64,000 bases of DNA, taken from Octopus vulgaris (taxonomy: Eukaryota). Where the stretch lies: contig OX597817.1 of the NCBI GenBank assembly GCA_951406725.2, forward strand, positions 33,418,001 through 33,482,000. The letters run 5' to 3'. The notes beneath the pieces were generated by a model. The model ran no database searches, had not been told where the DNA came from, and worked only from the letters and a program-made list of their open reading frames with translations. The translations under genes were made by a program, and so were the position numbers. Below, piece after piece: positions 63,718 to 64,000 of this stretch (position 1 is its first letter; each line of letters begins with the position of its first letter).

Positions 63718-63844
63718 GAAACCGGTTTTCAATTCTAAACCAGATAAAGTAATTCTTCACTTTAAAACTCTTGGCTCACCAGAGTTGTCACCATTCCGAT
63801 TGAAGCTGGAGACCTATCTAAAACTATGTCAGATTCCTTACGAG
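63718..63844 (+). CDS. FAXC: Failed axon connections homologue / metaxin-like GST N-terminal exon; gene continues beyond the window
   Basis: cttttcAG|G AAA...TAC GAG|GTAACA. Encodes KPVFNSKPDKVILHFKTLGSPELSPFRLKLETYLKLCQIPYE, matching the family motif LSPF-LK-ETYL-----PY. Not in the ORF track. Confidence 0.85.
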
Positions 63845-64000
63845 GTAACATTTATTATTAATTACTATTTTGATATTGTTACTCATTACAGTATGAATTG
63901 TGTTTGATGTTGTTATACCCTGGAGGATGCAAAGGGGCTGGCATGGGACTGCCAGCGATAGAGAGCACTGATGGCTCTATGCAGTGATGGATAACACTGG

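Overview
Eukaryotic, AT-rich, repeat-dense genomic DNA. The SINE, RTE and CR1 repertoire looks like a coleoid cephalopod (Octopus-like); that assignment is inference. Three intron-containing genes can be assembled by hand. (1) The 3' half of a Na+/Ca2+ exchanger (SLC8/NCX family, + strand): seven phase-consistent exons at 11318-22901, plus a candidate 15-nt microexon and a candidate 41-nt exon upstream. (2) A complete 145-aa NR2C2AP/TRA16 orthologue (- strand, four exons, 41817 to 25613) whose last intron is a textbook U12-type AT-AC minor intron. (3) The first two coding exons of a failed-axon-connections (FAXC)/metaxin-like GST-fold gene (+ strand, 53734-63844, running off the window). The rest is mobile DNA: at least four SINE-like families, RTE and CR1 LINE fragments, an internally deleted hAT transposon with intact TIRs and an 8-bp TSD, hAT/piggyBac/Tc1-mariner MITEs, non-autonomous Helitrons, fold-back hairpins and microsatellites. 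The most notable observations are the AT-AC intron, the candidate NCX microexon, and head-to-tail SINE multimers that are joined at one fixed internal nucleotide, built from different subfamily units and flanked by a single TSD. Nearly all ORFs in the supplied track are spurious readings of repeats. No database search was run; exon boundaries were counted by hand and repeat boundaries are approximate.
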